From NCBI RefSeq assembly GCF_009834535.1, contig NC_045697.1:110238001-110302000 (forward strand): a stretch of 64,000 nucleotides of DNA, read 5' to 3'. The DNA comes from Camelus ferus (taxonomy: Eukaryota). Positions 52,304 to 64,000 of the stretch are shown piece by piece (the first letter of the stretch is position 1; every line of letters begins with the position of its first letter). The notes beneath the pieces are model-generated. The model saw only the letters and a program-made list of their open reading frames with translations, was not told where the DNA came from and made no database searches. A program made the position numbers and the translations under genes.

Positions 52304-52675
52304 TGTGGTGGTTAAATGTTATATATCAACTTGGCTAGGCTATGGTACCCAGTTATTTAGTCAAACACTAGTCTAAATGTTACTGCAAAGATATTATGCA
52401 GATGTGATCAATATCTATTAGGAGTTGCCTTTAAGTAAAGCAATTACTCTTGATAATATGGTGGGCCTCACCCAATCAGTTGAAAGTCTAATGAGCAAAA
52501 TCTGAGGTTTTCCGGAGAGAAACGAGTTCTGCCTCAAGACTGTAATGTAGAAATCCTGCCTGCACTTCCATCCTGCTGGCCTGCCCTACCAGTTTTGAAC
52601 TTGCCAGCTCCCACAATCCTTTAAGCCAATTACCGTATGTCTCTTGGATCTGTTTCTCTGGAGAATTCTGATACA
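52304..52675 (+). mobile_element. MLT2 (ERVL) LTR
   Basis: TGTGGTGGTTAAATGTTATATATCAACTTGGCTAGGC...TCTGTTTCTCTGGAGAATTCTGATACA, with 5-bp TSD GAGCT/GAGCC. Confidence 0.85.
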
Positions 52676-55600
52676 GAGCCTTATAAGAGGAAATGATTTC
52701 ATGTCTAATATCATAGTCTGTATTTCATATCTACATACATTTTGTGTTCTTAAAGGTTTAAAATCATCCTCTTAGACATAATGGGGATCTTGTCCAGATA
52801 GATAACTACATGGTAGCTAATCAAGTCCCCCTCCCCACCTTAAGACATAAGCCATCCCAAAGCCATAGATGATGGTCTGTTCCCTCTTTTTCAATGTTAA
52901 GATCTGATTCTATACACACTCATTCTATTTTCTCAACCTAGCAGAATATGATTTCATTTTATAGAGTATTAGTCTCTGTTTCTGATATCAATATATAGTT
53001 ATTTCCTCTGGTTCTTTGGGAAGATGGGGAAAAACTGGTCAATAATTTCTTTACAGCAACACTTCATCATGTGGTTGGAGAGAAGTATAGTGTGGCTTAT
53101 CATTAAGCAGATTTGGACGTACTGTATCAAATAGTATTTTGCAAATCCAGTAGAAGCCGGAATGTAAGATTTACATACTAAAGTTCTCCCTATATTTGAA
53201 GATTATATTCTAAGTAGGTCTGAGACAGAACCCCTGGCTAAAGTAATGCCTGCACGATTTCCCCCCAAACCCCTTCCCTCTCCTAAATTGTTTAGTCTCC
53301 TTCTCAGAAATTGGTAAAGTAGACCAACTTCTCCGCACTCCCTTCACCAGACTCCAGAAGGCCTACAAAGGCCAATCAAACCTGCTTAAAGACACTGCCT
53401 TTAAGATTTGGCTTTTCTGACTCTTGTCTTTGGCACACATGCACACACACACCATCTTGCTTCCCCTGAAAGCCTTTCTTTAGATGAAATGATCCCAGCT
53501 TCTTATTTCCTCAACCCTTTAATCATTTTGTTTCTGTTCTCTGAATTCTTTCCAATTTCCCTATATATCGTATAAGACACAGAAACCGAAACCACACCAT
53601 TTTCTCACAGGGTCTATATGCATTGCCAAATCCAGAGAGGCTGACTTAACTTTTTCAACCAGAAATCAAAGCCAAGTCCAACAGGTTCTTAGCAAGTGGA
53701 TGTCGGAACAGGTGTGACACTCCCATTCCAATAAAGCAACACCTTTTAAGTAGATAATTATTCAGCCTGGGAAGGTAATTGACTGGTTTCCACTCAAAGG
53801 GATTTTTAGAATATTCGTGTATTCGTGTAAGACAGCATGAAGGATGCAGCTAGTGAAGAAAAAGATAAATAGTGTTGAATCCTGTCCATATTTTTCTAGG
53901 TGTCATTGCTGTTTGTGTGAAGTAGAGGAAACTGATCTGTTTCCTGGGACAAAGCAAAGTTCACTGAAATACATATACATAATGTACGTTATAATCATTC
54001 CAGGCAAGAGAAAGTGGAGGAAATACCCAGAGCCCTGCCAATCCCACAAATATTCAGTGAGAAAAACACCTGGATTCTCCCCAAGCCACAGCTGTTCAGT
54101 TGGAAAATGCCTGGATCCCATTGAATCAAGGCAGTCGGGGAAAAGAGCCACATCCGGCCCAGTGTGTCTCCTCTGTGCGGCCGGCACACATGAATCCTAT
54201 TTGATCAAGACACAGTTATTTTGGAAATAAATAGATCCTGCTGGATTCGAGTGCAGTTCACTGGGCACAGATATGACCTATGAGAACCTCCCTCAATACA
54301 CAGACATTTGGTAAGAAAACTTGCACCACAGATTTTTGGCCGTGTCAATATCTTGATTATTTCTCTCTTGGAACATATGTGAACCTGGCCCCACTGCTCC
54401 TTGATTAGCTTTGCCTGGATCACAAAGGATCTGAGGCTTTTGCCCTGACTCTAGATTTAGCAGTGCGCACGTACCAAGTGAAATGCAAAATTGAATGACA
54501 ACCTTATTTTTAGGATGCTCAACAACACGGTAGCATTATCACCAACAGGAATGTTCCCCACCTTTCTGAACACATGTGAATTAAGGAAAAAAACGCTTTT
54601 GTCTCTATCTATCATCACAATTTACGTTTCCAACAGATTTCCATCTTTTTATGACATCAGCCTCTTTGGTGTCTAAGGCAACATTTTCATTATGTTTTCC
54701 AAAATGTTTTCAGCAATTCAGTATAGAGATACTACTCTTGGTCCTGAAATTAAACTGAAAGTTAGGCAGATATGTACACAAATTAAATAACCCTTGTATT
54801 TACCTACTTCAAGGCAGGCAGAGCTTTCTTATAGCTACTATAATGTATCAGGAGTGATTCAGTGCTTAATACTTTCAAAGATGTTTTTAGATTGCTGTCC
54901 AAGCAAATCCTGAGGGGAGAGCATGTGCTTTGAGAAGTCACAGACTTGGATTTTGAGGGCTCTAGCACCCTAAGGTCCTTGGAGGGTCTGTTCTTCTCAA
55001 CGATTTCCGTCAGAAAACAAGATTGCCGTCCCTGGAGAGGTAGAAACTGCTTTGTGAATTCAGGTGCTCCTCAAGCTTTCCTCTGTTGGCTGCCAATTAC
55101 TTACTTCCCATAACTCTTTGTATCCAGTGCAAAAATAAAAAAAGACAGCAAAACAGAGGAATGAAACTCCAGAAGCTCTTGGCCATGGCAAGATGCTTTC
55201 AATTAATAAACCAGAGTCCCGCAGGAAAGTGGACCTGAATCCCACCATCTCCGGGCTCCATTCTGACCACTGCACACTGAGTGTTTTAGCCATCAGCTAA
55301 ACTCCAGGGTACCTACTGTAGGAACTTTACCGCATTGGCAAAAGCTTCTGTTGAAACACTGCTTCCTGTGTCTGCAAATGTATATATATTTTTTCCCTCT
55401 GCCTTCATGGGCTTTTATCCCTGACTCTTTATTCATAAAGCCAGCTTCCAAGTCTTTGCTGTGTTCTGTATCTTCAAGATCTCTTTTGAAGGCGCCTCAG
55501 TCTGTCTTCTCATGTATTTTTTATCTCCAGCCTGCCTGCTTCACCTGTAGATTTTAGTCACTGTTCTTTCCTTCTTTTATCGAATCCTTCATCTCCAATC

Positions 55601-55991
55601 CAGACATAATGTGGAAACTTAAATAGAATAGCCATTAAAAATGCAGGATAGAGGAGATACGTTAAAGACCCACGAGATGGAGACCTTCACTGGGCACAGA
55701 TGAATGTTAAATGCTCAGAAGTCACCAGGAGCAATCAGAGAGGCAACTGTTCACTTCTGAGTGAGTGCAGCCCACGAGGAAGAAGGCAGAGCTGTACGAG
55801 GCTGTAGAGTGGCCCCCAGCGGCCAGTCCTTGAACCTTGCAGGTGCCCAGAGTGAAGGAGTCCAGGAACCGCGCCCTTCCTCTGTGAGCACGCCACCAGC
55901 AGCAAAGCCGCAGTCATGGATCCAGGTACCGTGAAGGATCATTTGGGACCTCACTTTCTCTTGCTCATAGACCCACACCCTCAGAGTCCCC

Positions 55992-56421
55992 CGTGGTAGG
56001 TAAAAAAATGCCCCCTGCAAAGACATCCACACACTAATCCCCAGAAACCTACATGACAAAAGGGACTTTGCAGATGTGATTCGATTACAGATCTTGAGAT
56101 GGAGGAATCATCTGGATGAGCCTTTACAAGTGAAAAAAACAGACAAGAGGATCAGAGGATGAAAAGGAGATGGGACGACAGCAGCAGGCAGCCATGTGTA
56201 GGGACCACGAGGCAGAGAACGCAGACAGCCTCTAGAAGCTGGGAGAGGCAAGGACAAAACTCCTCTGAGCACCTGGAACACAGCCCTGCCAACACCGTGG
56301 TTTTAGCCCAGTGAGACTGTGTCTGAGTTCTAACCTCCAGGACTATAAGATAATACATTCATGTTGTTTGAGGGACAAAGTTGGTGGTAGTTTATTACAG
56401 CAGCAATAAGAAACTAATATA
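55992..56421 (+). mobile_element. MaLR LTR (MLT1C/D-like)
   Basis: AAAAGGGACTTTGCAGATGTGATT...CAGCCTCTAGAAGCTGG...TTATTACAGCAGCAATAAGAAACTAATATA, with TSD TCCCC/TCCCT. Confidence 0.85.
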
Positions 56422-59400
56422 TCCCTGGGGCGTGCCAATCCCAGTTTGTCTCTTTCCTACCTTCTCGGTAGTGAAGACCTGTGTTTCCAGTGCCTCTGTT
56501 ATCTCTCAAACAAATACATTCTTGTTGCAAAGAAGGTGGAAGTTCTCACAGCCTTGGTTTTGTTTCCAGCCAACTGTATCTCAAGGGATTAGTTCTAACC
56601 GGAGATCTGGGCAGATTCATGTCAGAGAATGTGTTTCTTATGATGTCAAGATGAGTTTTTTGTTTTTTTTTTACTTTGATTTAAAGGCATTATTTGCAGT
56701 TTTATCCTTGCATAAAATGTTTTAGAAAAATATCTGCCACAAAAAAGCAATCCTGTTTAAAGGTTAAAAGAACAGTGCAAATAAAATACCCTCATGATGG
56801 TTGAAACCTTAACTAGATAAGCATTTGGGGTCCAATTGAAAGGTAGCCACAGTCGATCTGAGGTAGAGAACAGAGTTTGGGGGAAAGGGGTTAAGAACAC
56901 AACGTCTACTTTTAAAGCAAAGTGCTTGGCCCAGTGGCCGGAAAATGGAGTTCTGGTTATATCGTGGAGAGAAATAAATCCTGAGTGTGGAAACAATCTA
57001 AGTGTTATATAATGGGCCGTGAAATTGACTCAGTGGGGGGTTACTGACCCAAGAGGTAGGAAGCCTGAGAACGTGCACACACAAGGAATCTCTTTCCTTT
57101 CATCTCCTCTTGCTCAAATACAAATACACTGGTGGAGTTCAAACTTTGCTGACCCCCTCTGAGAAATACATTGTACATAATAAGCTGCTACACATCCACA
57201 CATAATGTAACTGGAACAATAGTTTCATGACACCTACCTCCCATTACACTATGAGATATGCTCTGATATTTAATAATTTTTCCTGTTATTTTTCATTGTG
57301 TGTTTTTTTTTCAATACTGGCCAGCACCCACTAAGTGCTCATGACCTGCAGTTTAAAAACACACCTTCAGTAGTACTATTTATCACCAAAGTAAGCATTC
57401 TCTGCGCAGTTAGTACAGACAGCTTTTTCATTATAACCTAGTAACTGCAAATGAAATGACAGTCAGAAATTGACTACCCTTAAGGTCTTTTCCAACTGCA
57501 CGATTTCCTAGTTTTTCCGCCAGAGGAAGATTATTTTTTCCAAATAGGACAGACTGACAAGTTGGAACTTTCCTTCCCAGCAAGTTTGTTTGATAAATAA
57601 ATGGCTTATCTAAGATAATTTTGGCATTCCTTGTTCATCAGTGATTAATTCCTAATCAAAATCAGGAATCAATGAAAGTATTGCCACATTTTTTTGCCAC
57701 ATTGGCATTGGTATTTGTGAATTTTGAATTTGGTTGTGGTATTTTGATTTCAGAACTTAGAGATAAAGCATTTCGAGCCACTTTCCACCAGCATTTTGAT
57801 GTATGATCGTAGCCAATATCACCTTGAAAATCCCCTCCCGCCCTCATCGCTAAATCTGCTCACAGCAGGTAAGGCATGCATCCTGACTCCCAGGGCACTG
57901 CCCTCCATCACTTTGTATTCAACAATTATGCTTCACAACACCCTTCTCAGGTCTTGCCTTTAAAATAAGAGTGACACTCTCTGGGCTGAAGGAGAGTGAA
58001 TAAACTGTGCTAACCCTACCGAGATGCAAAACAATAGTAATCACTCGGCAGTTTGCTGTGAGGTGACAGATGCCAATTTCCCATTTTCCAGAGACCTCTC
58101 CTCATTATCAAGCAAAACTGGACCGGTTAACTTGCCCAAGATCTATAGCTCCCTGGGATGTCTCATCGGTCTGTGTCCCTGATGGGGACTCAAGCAGGTG
58201 GTGCGGAGAGCAGCAGGCAAGCTGACACAGGGAGACATGTTGCCCAGATAAGCTCATCCACCAGACCAGCTAATTTCCCTTCTATTCTGAGGAGAGCAAT
58301 TACTTTAAATTGCCATGTATCAAAATGACTTTGCTCTGGCCCCCAAGTACAGCAAATCAATCAACTATAATGTAAATGACTATCTCCAGCTACTTTGATT
58401 TTAAAAAGTGAAAAAAAGAGAGAAGCAGACTCGTGCTGCTTCCTTTAGAATTGAGGCAGAATCACAGTTCAAGGTCATAATTGCAGGCTGGTCCGTAGAA
58501 AGCACATTACTTTGGGAGCTTTTGACCATAGAGCAAAACTACTTTGTAACTTTGTTTTTAGATCCCATCAGGTTCTGTTGAAAAGTTGTTTTTTTTTTTC
58601 CTTTTGTAAGAAAGGACCTGGTCTCTTTTACAAAAATTCATAGGACAGAAGGAAGATGCTGAAAAGTGGACATGAGACACGAGACAGACGGCAGCTAGGA
58701 AGGTACCAAGAATTGTCTCGCCTGTGTCACATATTTACCTGAAGCCAGCAGCACAACCGAAACACAGGCAAACTCACCTGCCCAACCTTTCCAGACCAGA
58801 ACTTAAGCTGGTGCAATCAAATATTTCATTGGTGATGTGCCTTATAAGGAGAAATGCATCCAAAATTCCAAATAAGGCTTTCAAAGGGGAATTTTAATAT
58901 CTATATTTAGATTTAGCAGCCTTGAGGGGAAATAGGATGTTGACTTATGAAGCTGAGAGAAATTATGAGCAGCTGGAATATTAAGGACACATTGTCAAAG
59001 GGAAGCTTTCATCTCCAATATGAACTGAAGTTCCAGAACCTTCCAATGCCCCGATTTGGACTCATAAGATCTTAGAGGTCTTTATCTAGTCAATTTTAGA
59101 AAGTGTTATACCCAACTTTTAGACTACTTGATTGACAGAGCAATTAAAGATGTAACAGTTAAAGATAAGTACAAAAAGCAGTTAAGCATTATTAAATTGT
59201 ACAGTTTTTTTAGACATAACTTTTTAAAAAATTACAATGAGTTATATTTTAAATCAAAAGACATTTAAAAAGAATAATTGAATAAGAAGAAAGTCTGAAA
59301 TCTCTTTATTAATTCCAGAAAGCCTAGCCATCAAACTACAAAGCCATTCGCAAAGAAAAGCATCTAAATGAATCTGAGCTTCCTCTTGTGGGCTGAGCTT

Positions 59401-61791
59401 GCAGACAGAGGCACAAAACAATAAGAATAATGTCTCAGGGTGGAAGAATACATAATTATCTTCTGTATGATTGGATGAATAAATTACTGCCTCGTAAATT
59501 AACTTAACCTCTTTCTCTTCAAATTTGCATAAAAATTGCTTTTCCTCACTTCTTGCAGAGGGCTTCTAAATATAATAACTCCATTCCTGATCGCCTTTTG
59601 GTTTCTTCCAGTCATCCTTAAACCAGCTTAACAATGAACAGTTGAAATCACTGAATTCTGTCTCGTTATTTTTGAGGGTTTATCTGACATTGCTCTTCTG
59701 TTGTATAGACAAACTAGTTTCCTGGCCTTCTTGGGGAATCCAGTCATCTGCTCCCTAAAACCAGCAGATTATTGGGGTGTATTGGACAACCACAAGAGGC
59801 GGTGAAATCCATATTTTTCCAACTGGTAGTCCAGAAAGAAACAATCCAGTCCTATTAAGCATTCAAGGAAGAATCTGGTAGACAAAATTCCTTATCTAGA
59901 AGGACGCAGGGAAGCAGATAACTAAAATAATAATAACAACAATAACATTACAAGATAATGTCACAATAAGGAGCAAACCAAGCTCTTGTGGGGACTCAGA
60001 GGGCAGTTTCACTTTCAAGCAGAGCCAATCTGGCTAAGAGAATTCATCGCTTTATTTAGTTACCTGTTTACTACCCACTCTTACTCTAAAATGTAAGATC
60101 TGTGGTGCATTTTGTTTACTTCCTTATTCCCAGATATTGCACTGAATAAATGTATGCAGTAATGCGGGTTAACACCATCTCAAATCTATAGGTTCCAACC
60201 CCAGTTGGGTCTCCCCAGCTGTTCAACAAATGCTTCAACCCACAAACCCCACTCCTTGAGTCATAAGAACACCTGCCCCCACTTCACCTCAGCCAATGAG
60301 ATCTGGCCCAGGCACACCCCAATGTCAAGGTTCCCATCAGTGGTTCCCAGCAGCCATATTTAGGGCACTTCCAATGCGCATCTTATTTGGCCTCTCCGCT
60401 GCATTACACAAAGCTGACCAGCTCCTCCTTTAAATGCGTCTCCTGTGGCTTCCACAAAACTTCACTCTCCTGGTTTTCTTTCTCTACACCTGCTGAATCA
60501 GAATCTCCACAGACAGGGCTCCCAAGCATGTGCATTTTTTCAAAGAGCTACAGGTCATTCTGGGGCAATGGCACGATTGACAACCACTTGCCCTGACTTT
60601 CCTCCCTGCTCACTTTCTTGTCCCGAGGTGGCTTTAAACTTCAGGAGGGTGTAAAGGTTAACATCAGGACGGAAGTAGGGGGAGAGGGCTAGACACCTCG
60701 CCTTAAACCTGCCTTTGTATGGCAAAGACATCTCTTTTACTTGGATTATATGCTTCCAGAAGACCCCAAATAGGAAAGTTTAATCAAGATGCCCTTATAC
60801 ACACTTTCCATGAAAGCAATGTTTGTAAGATGTGTGTATTAATGATTTATATGAGATTCAGAAGTTATTCATTGCCATATAAAGAATCTTGTTATTACCA
60901 TGGCGATGATTATTTAGGGAATAAACAGTTCCCCACCATTGACACCCCTGCACTTGACCACTCCTGTGGTGTCAACTGTCCAGGAGACCCCAGCTATGAC
61001 ACCCTTTGGTTCTCCCTCAAGGGCTAATTCCTTGTTCTTAACTGATACTTTACAGGCATCAGGCATCTCAATATACCGTTTTCTCCCCTAAACTTGTTTT
61101 CTCTAATATGATTCATTCAGTTATAATAATGTGACTGACCCCCCAGTCACCTAATTTAAGACTCTCTCAGAGCCCAAAGCAATCACTGAGTCCTATTGAC
61201 TATCCTTCTAATGATCATTCAAATCTTTTTCCATCTCTCTGGCATTGCTTTGATCTAGATAATCAAGTCTTTTTAAACCATTGGAACTGCTTCTTGACTA
61301 GCTAGCCTGCCCCTAGTAACTAGACAAGCTCCCTCCCCTCCACTGTCAGCCTGCAAAATACAGCCATAGTTATCTTTCCAAAGCACTACCTGGTTATTCC
61401 TGCCCCTCTCTGTGTTTGAAAACCAATCTGTGGCTCCGCAGTGAGGACCAGAACCAAAGCTCCTTAGTCCAGTACACAGGGCCTTTCATTATTCAATGCC
61501 AGCTTAGTTCCCAGCCTTATCACCTTCCTCTCCTCCCAAGGCAGCTACTACCAGCTCTAATCTTTTGAAAGTTCTAGAAAAGGTCACTAAATTGTAAACA
61601 TTCAAATACACTCAAGACCTACGCACAAGCTCACCCTCCAGAAATGCAAGTTCCTGAATAATCGGTTTATTTTTCTTTGCTGGTTGGTTTTATTTCACAT
61701 GCTAACATCACACCATTTATTCTGATTTCCCTGCAGCGGGGCTGTCCCATTGCATTGTAGGCCAAATGACGACCGCAGCAACGCTCAGAAG

Positions 61792-61810
61792 CACTGCCAC
61801 CTTGTGGTCA
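61792..61810 (-). promoter_or_regulatory. Candidate CTCF binding site
   Basis: Minus strand reads TGACCACAAGGTGGCAGTG, a close match to the CTCF core CCASYAGRKGGCRS. Several CpGs are retained nearby (about 61735-61865). Confidence 0.65.
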
Positions 61811-63802
61811 CAGAAGCAGGGGGAACGCAAAGAGATCCTCCCTTCATACATTTTTTCCCCAACGAGAGGAGCTGAGAGCTGGAGATATCCTCTTACTCTC
61901 CCCCTTTCTCAGGCCACTGGGAAAAGGAAAAGCCATTTGATCATCACTAGAAACTCCAAATTACAAAACTCTACATTCAATGTCTCAACTTTTAATTACT
62001 CTCTTTTGTAGCATCCTATTGATTTCCCTCAACCAGCTGATTTAAGGATATTGAAGGACATATTTATTTAAGTGACTTTTGCAGGTTCAAGTCTCTTATG
62101 GGTCCAGAGAACTTTTTCAAAGTCTTTTAAGAAGCTAATAAGAGCTCCAGACCACGGCTGTCAGCTCTACCAGGGCAGCAAAGCACTGGCTGTTTGTCAA
62201 TATAAATGCAAAACAGGGCACAGAAAAAAATCCTAAAGGGCTCCTTATTGAAAGAATAAATGCATGAATACGTGGACAGCACATATCGTGACAACTTCCA
62301 AAATGGAGGAAATTGCTTTTTCTAGTATTTTTGAAAATAGTCATTTTAGTTTGAAGTTTTAGGTCCACCTTGAAACATGCACGGCTTCCCTAGTTAGGAT
62401 TCCCTAAGCACCAGCAACATGTGGAAGCATGCTACTTTTAAGAGGGGGTTGATGGAAAATCGTAATGGATCTGCAGAGAGGTGACGTGGCCTGTCTGAAG
62501 GCCCAGCAGAAGTAGGTTCAGAGCAATTGCTCAAGGTCACTGCAAGGAGAGAGACGGCGTGACTGGGCATGAAGTAACTGGAACATGTAGAAATTCATAA
62601 ACTCTTCTTGATACTGTTTTGACAAGCAAAGCTGTGTCAAAGTCTCTCTTCTTTTTTAAACTCCATTCCTCAGCTATTGTTTCACCACATATACCAGCTT
62701 CTTTTTAAGAAGATCTGTTCTCAGAATGATTGTTTTCAAATGACTTAAAGCTGGACTTCTTAAGCAGCCTGATAGCCATGGGGGACTTTTTTCCCTTGGT
62801 CAAAACTAAGCTATTTTGAAAGCTCATCGGTCATTCTGAAGCTCATTTGTATCATGTGACATCATACAATAAATGCTTTATAAATAATTTGTTTTTCACA
62901 AAGTCAATAACTAATTACCAGTTCGTGCCCTATAAATAAATCAATATTGAAAAGTAAGTTTAAGTGGATTCATCACCGAAACGATTAGCTGCCCAGAGAG
63001 CAAGCCCTGGGGTTACTACTTGGCTGAGTTGCTCTCTTTACATTTCTTTTTAAAACTGCCTCCCCACCCCTCCATCATTATTATGATAAAATATGGAAAT
63101 AGAAAAGGTGAGGCTAGGGTAGCCCAAGAAGTGACTTTAAAAAGCATTGATTCTAGAAAATGTTTTTGGCTTTTGAAGTGTTGAGAATACGAAGCCGTTT
63201 CAAGGACCCAGAACAGAATTCACAGGAAGTCCGGGGGGCAGCCTCACGACGACAGAAGTTGCACATAACTCATGTTATTGCTGTGAGCAATAAGCCAAAA
63301 AGTATTTGCAGAATGAAAAATGGCACTGATCCCGTTTGCAGCTCCACTGGTTTAAGTGTTTGAAGCAATTTAACATTGTCTCTGACACCAAATTTTCCTT
63401 CTTAGTCTCTTTCAAGGATCCTTACCATTGAAAAAAACAAATTGAGTTTGCAAGGCAAAGGGCCACAGTGAGGACTGCTGTGTCCAGGCTGGAGGCCAGT
63501 CCCAGAAGAAATCCAGGTCCTTCCTTCCCCTTCACACTCCCCAAGCTCCATACGAATCGGTTACACTTGGCTAAGTTATCTGGGTTACTTTTGACTTGCT
63601 TGTACACACAGTGCAATTCTGGCTGGCCCAGGGAGTCTGGGGTGGTCTATTCTTAATAAAACACCCCCAATTTGGGTGCAATAAAAAAGATTTTCATGAC
63701 TGCTGAGCCCAGACAAAACACAATTATCTGTTGCCTGGTAAGGTTGAAAGTCAAAATAAACCATCACAGGAAACAAACAAGTAGCTGACTGTAAAGCCAA
63801 AG

Positions 63803-64000
63803 TGATGCAGGAAAAATGGCTGTACACCATGAGGAAGGCCATGTCCCAGCTCTCAGCTGAGTCCCTGGGACGTGCCCCACCAAGTGTGGGTCCTTGGCTT
63901 CACTCAGGAAAGAATTCAAGAGTGAGCCACAATTGAGTAAAGGTAGATTTACTTAGAGAGATACATACTGCACAGAGTGTAGGCTGTTTCAAAAGGCAAG
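63803..64000 (-). mobile_element. ERV1-type LTR, same family as 37189-37830, cut by window end
   Basis: The reverse complement (…AATCTACCTTTACTCAATTGTGGCTCACTCTTGAATTCTTTCC…AAGCCAAGGACCCA…CTGGGACATGG…TTCCTGCATCA) aligns by eye to 37635-37830. Confidence 0.85.

Noticed and set aside
1..64000. CRISPR arrays, rRNA, operons or other prokaryote-type systems
   Set aside because: The sequence is clearly mammalian, and no repeat-spacer arrays or rRNA-like segments were seen.

Overview
Mammalian genomic DNA, most likely camelid (camel/alpaca-type tRNA-derived SINEs and matching young L1 3' ends). The only protein-coding feature is the large first coding exon of DCHS2 (dachsous cadherin-related 2) on the minus strand. 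It runs from ATG 47884 to the splice donor after 45848 and encodes 679 codons: a signal peptide, five cadherin repeats and the start of a sixth. It lies in a CpG island with its promoter. Positions 1-45847 are part of intron 1 and about 48.3-64 kb is upstream sequence. The rest is mostly interspersed repeats (SINEs, L1, L2, MIR, MaLR/ERVL/ERV1 LTRs, DNA transposon relics) plus a 935-bp almost pure-purine tract. The best second-look candidates are: a roughly 2-kb, very decayed, non-mammalian-L1-looking endonuclease/RT LINE fossil in intron 1; a loaded 5' leader (uORF, two identical AUG-UAA start-stops, a hairpin before the AUG); a possible exon-1-only secreted isoform; a strong upstream CTCF motif; and a SINE-L1 chimeric insertion. 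I see no firm evidence of a wholly new gene system. Repeat family names come from by-eye recognition, not from a search.
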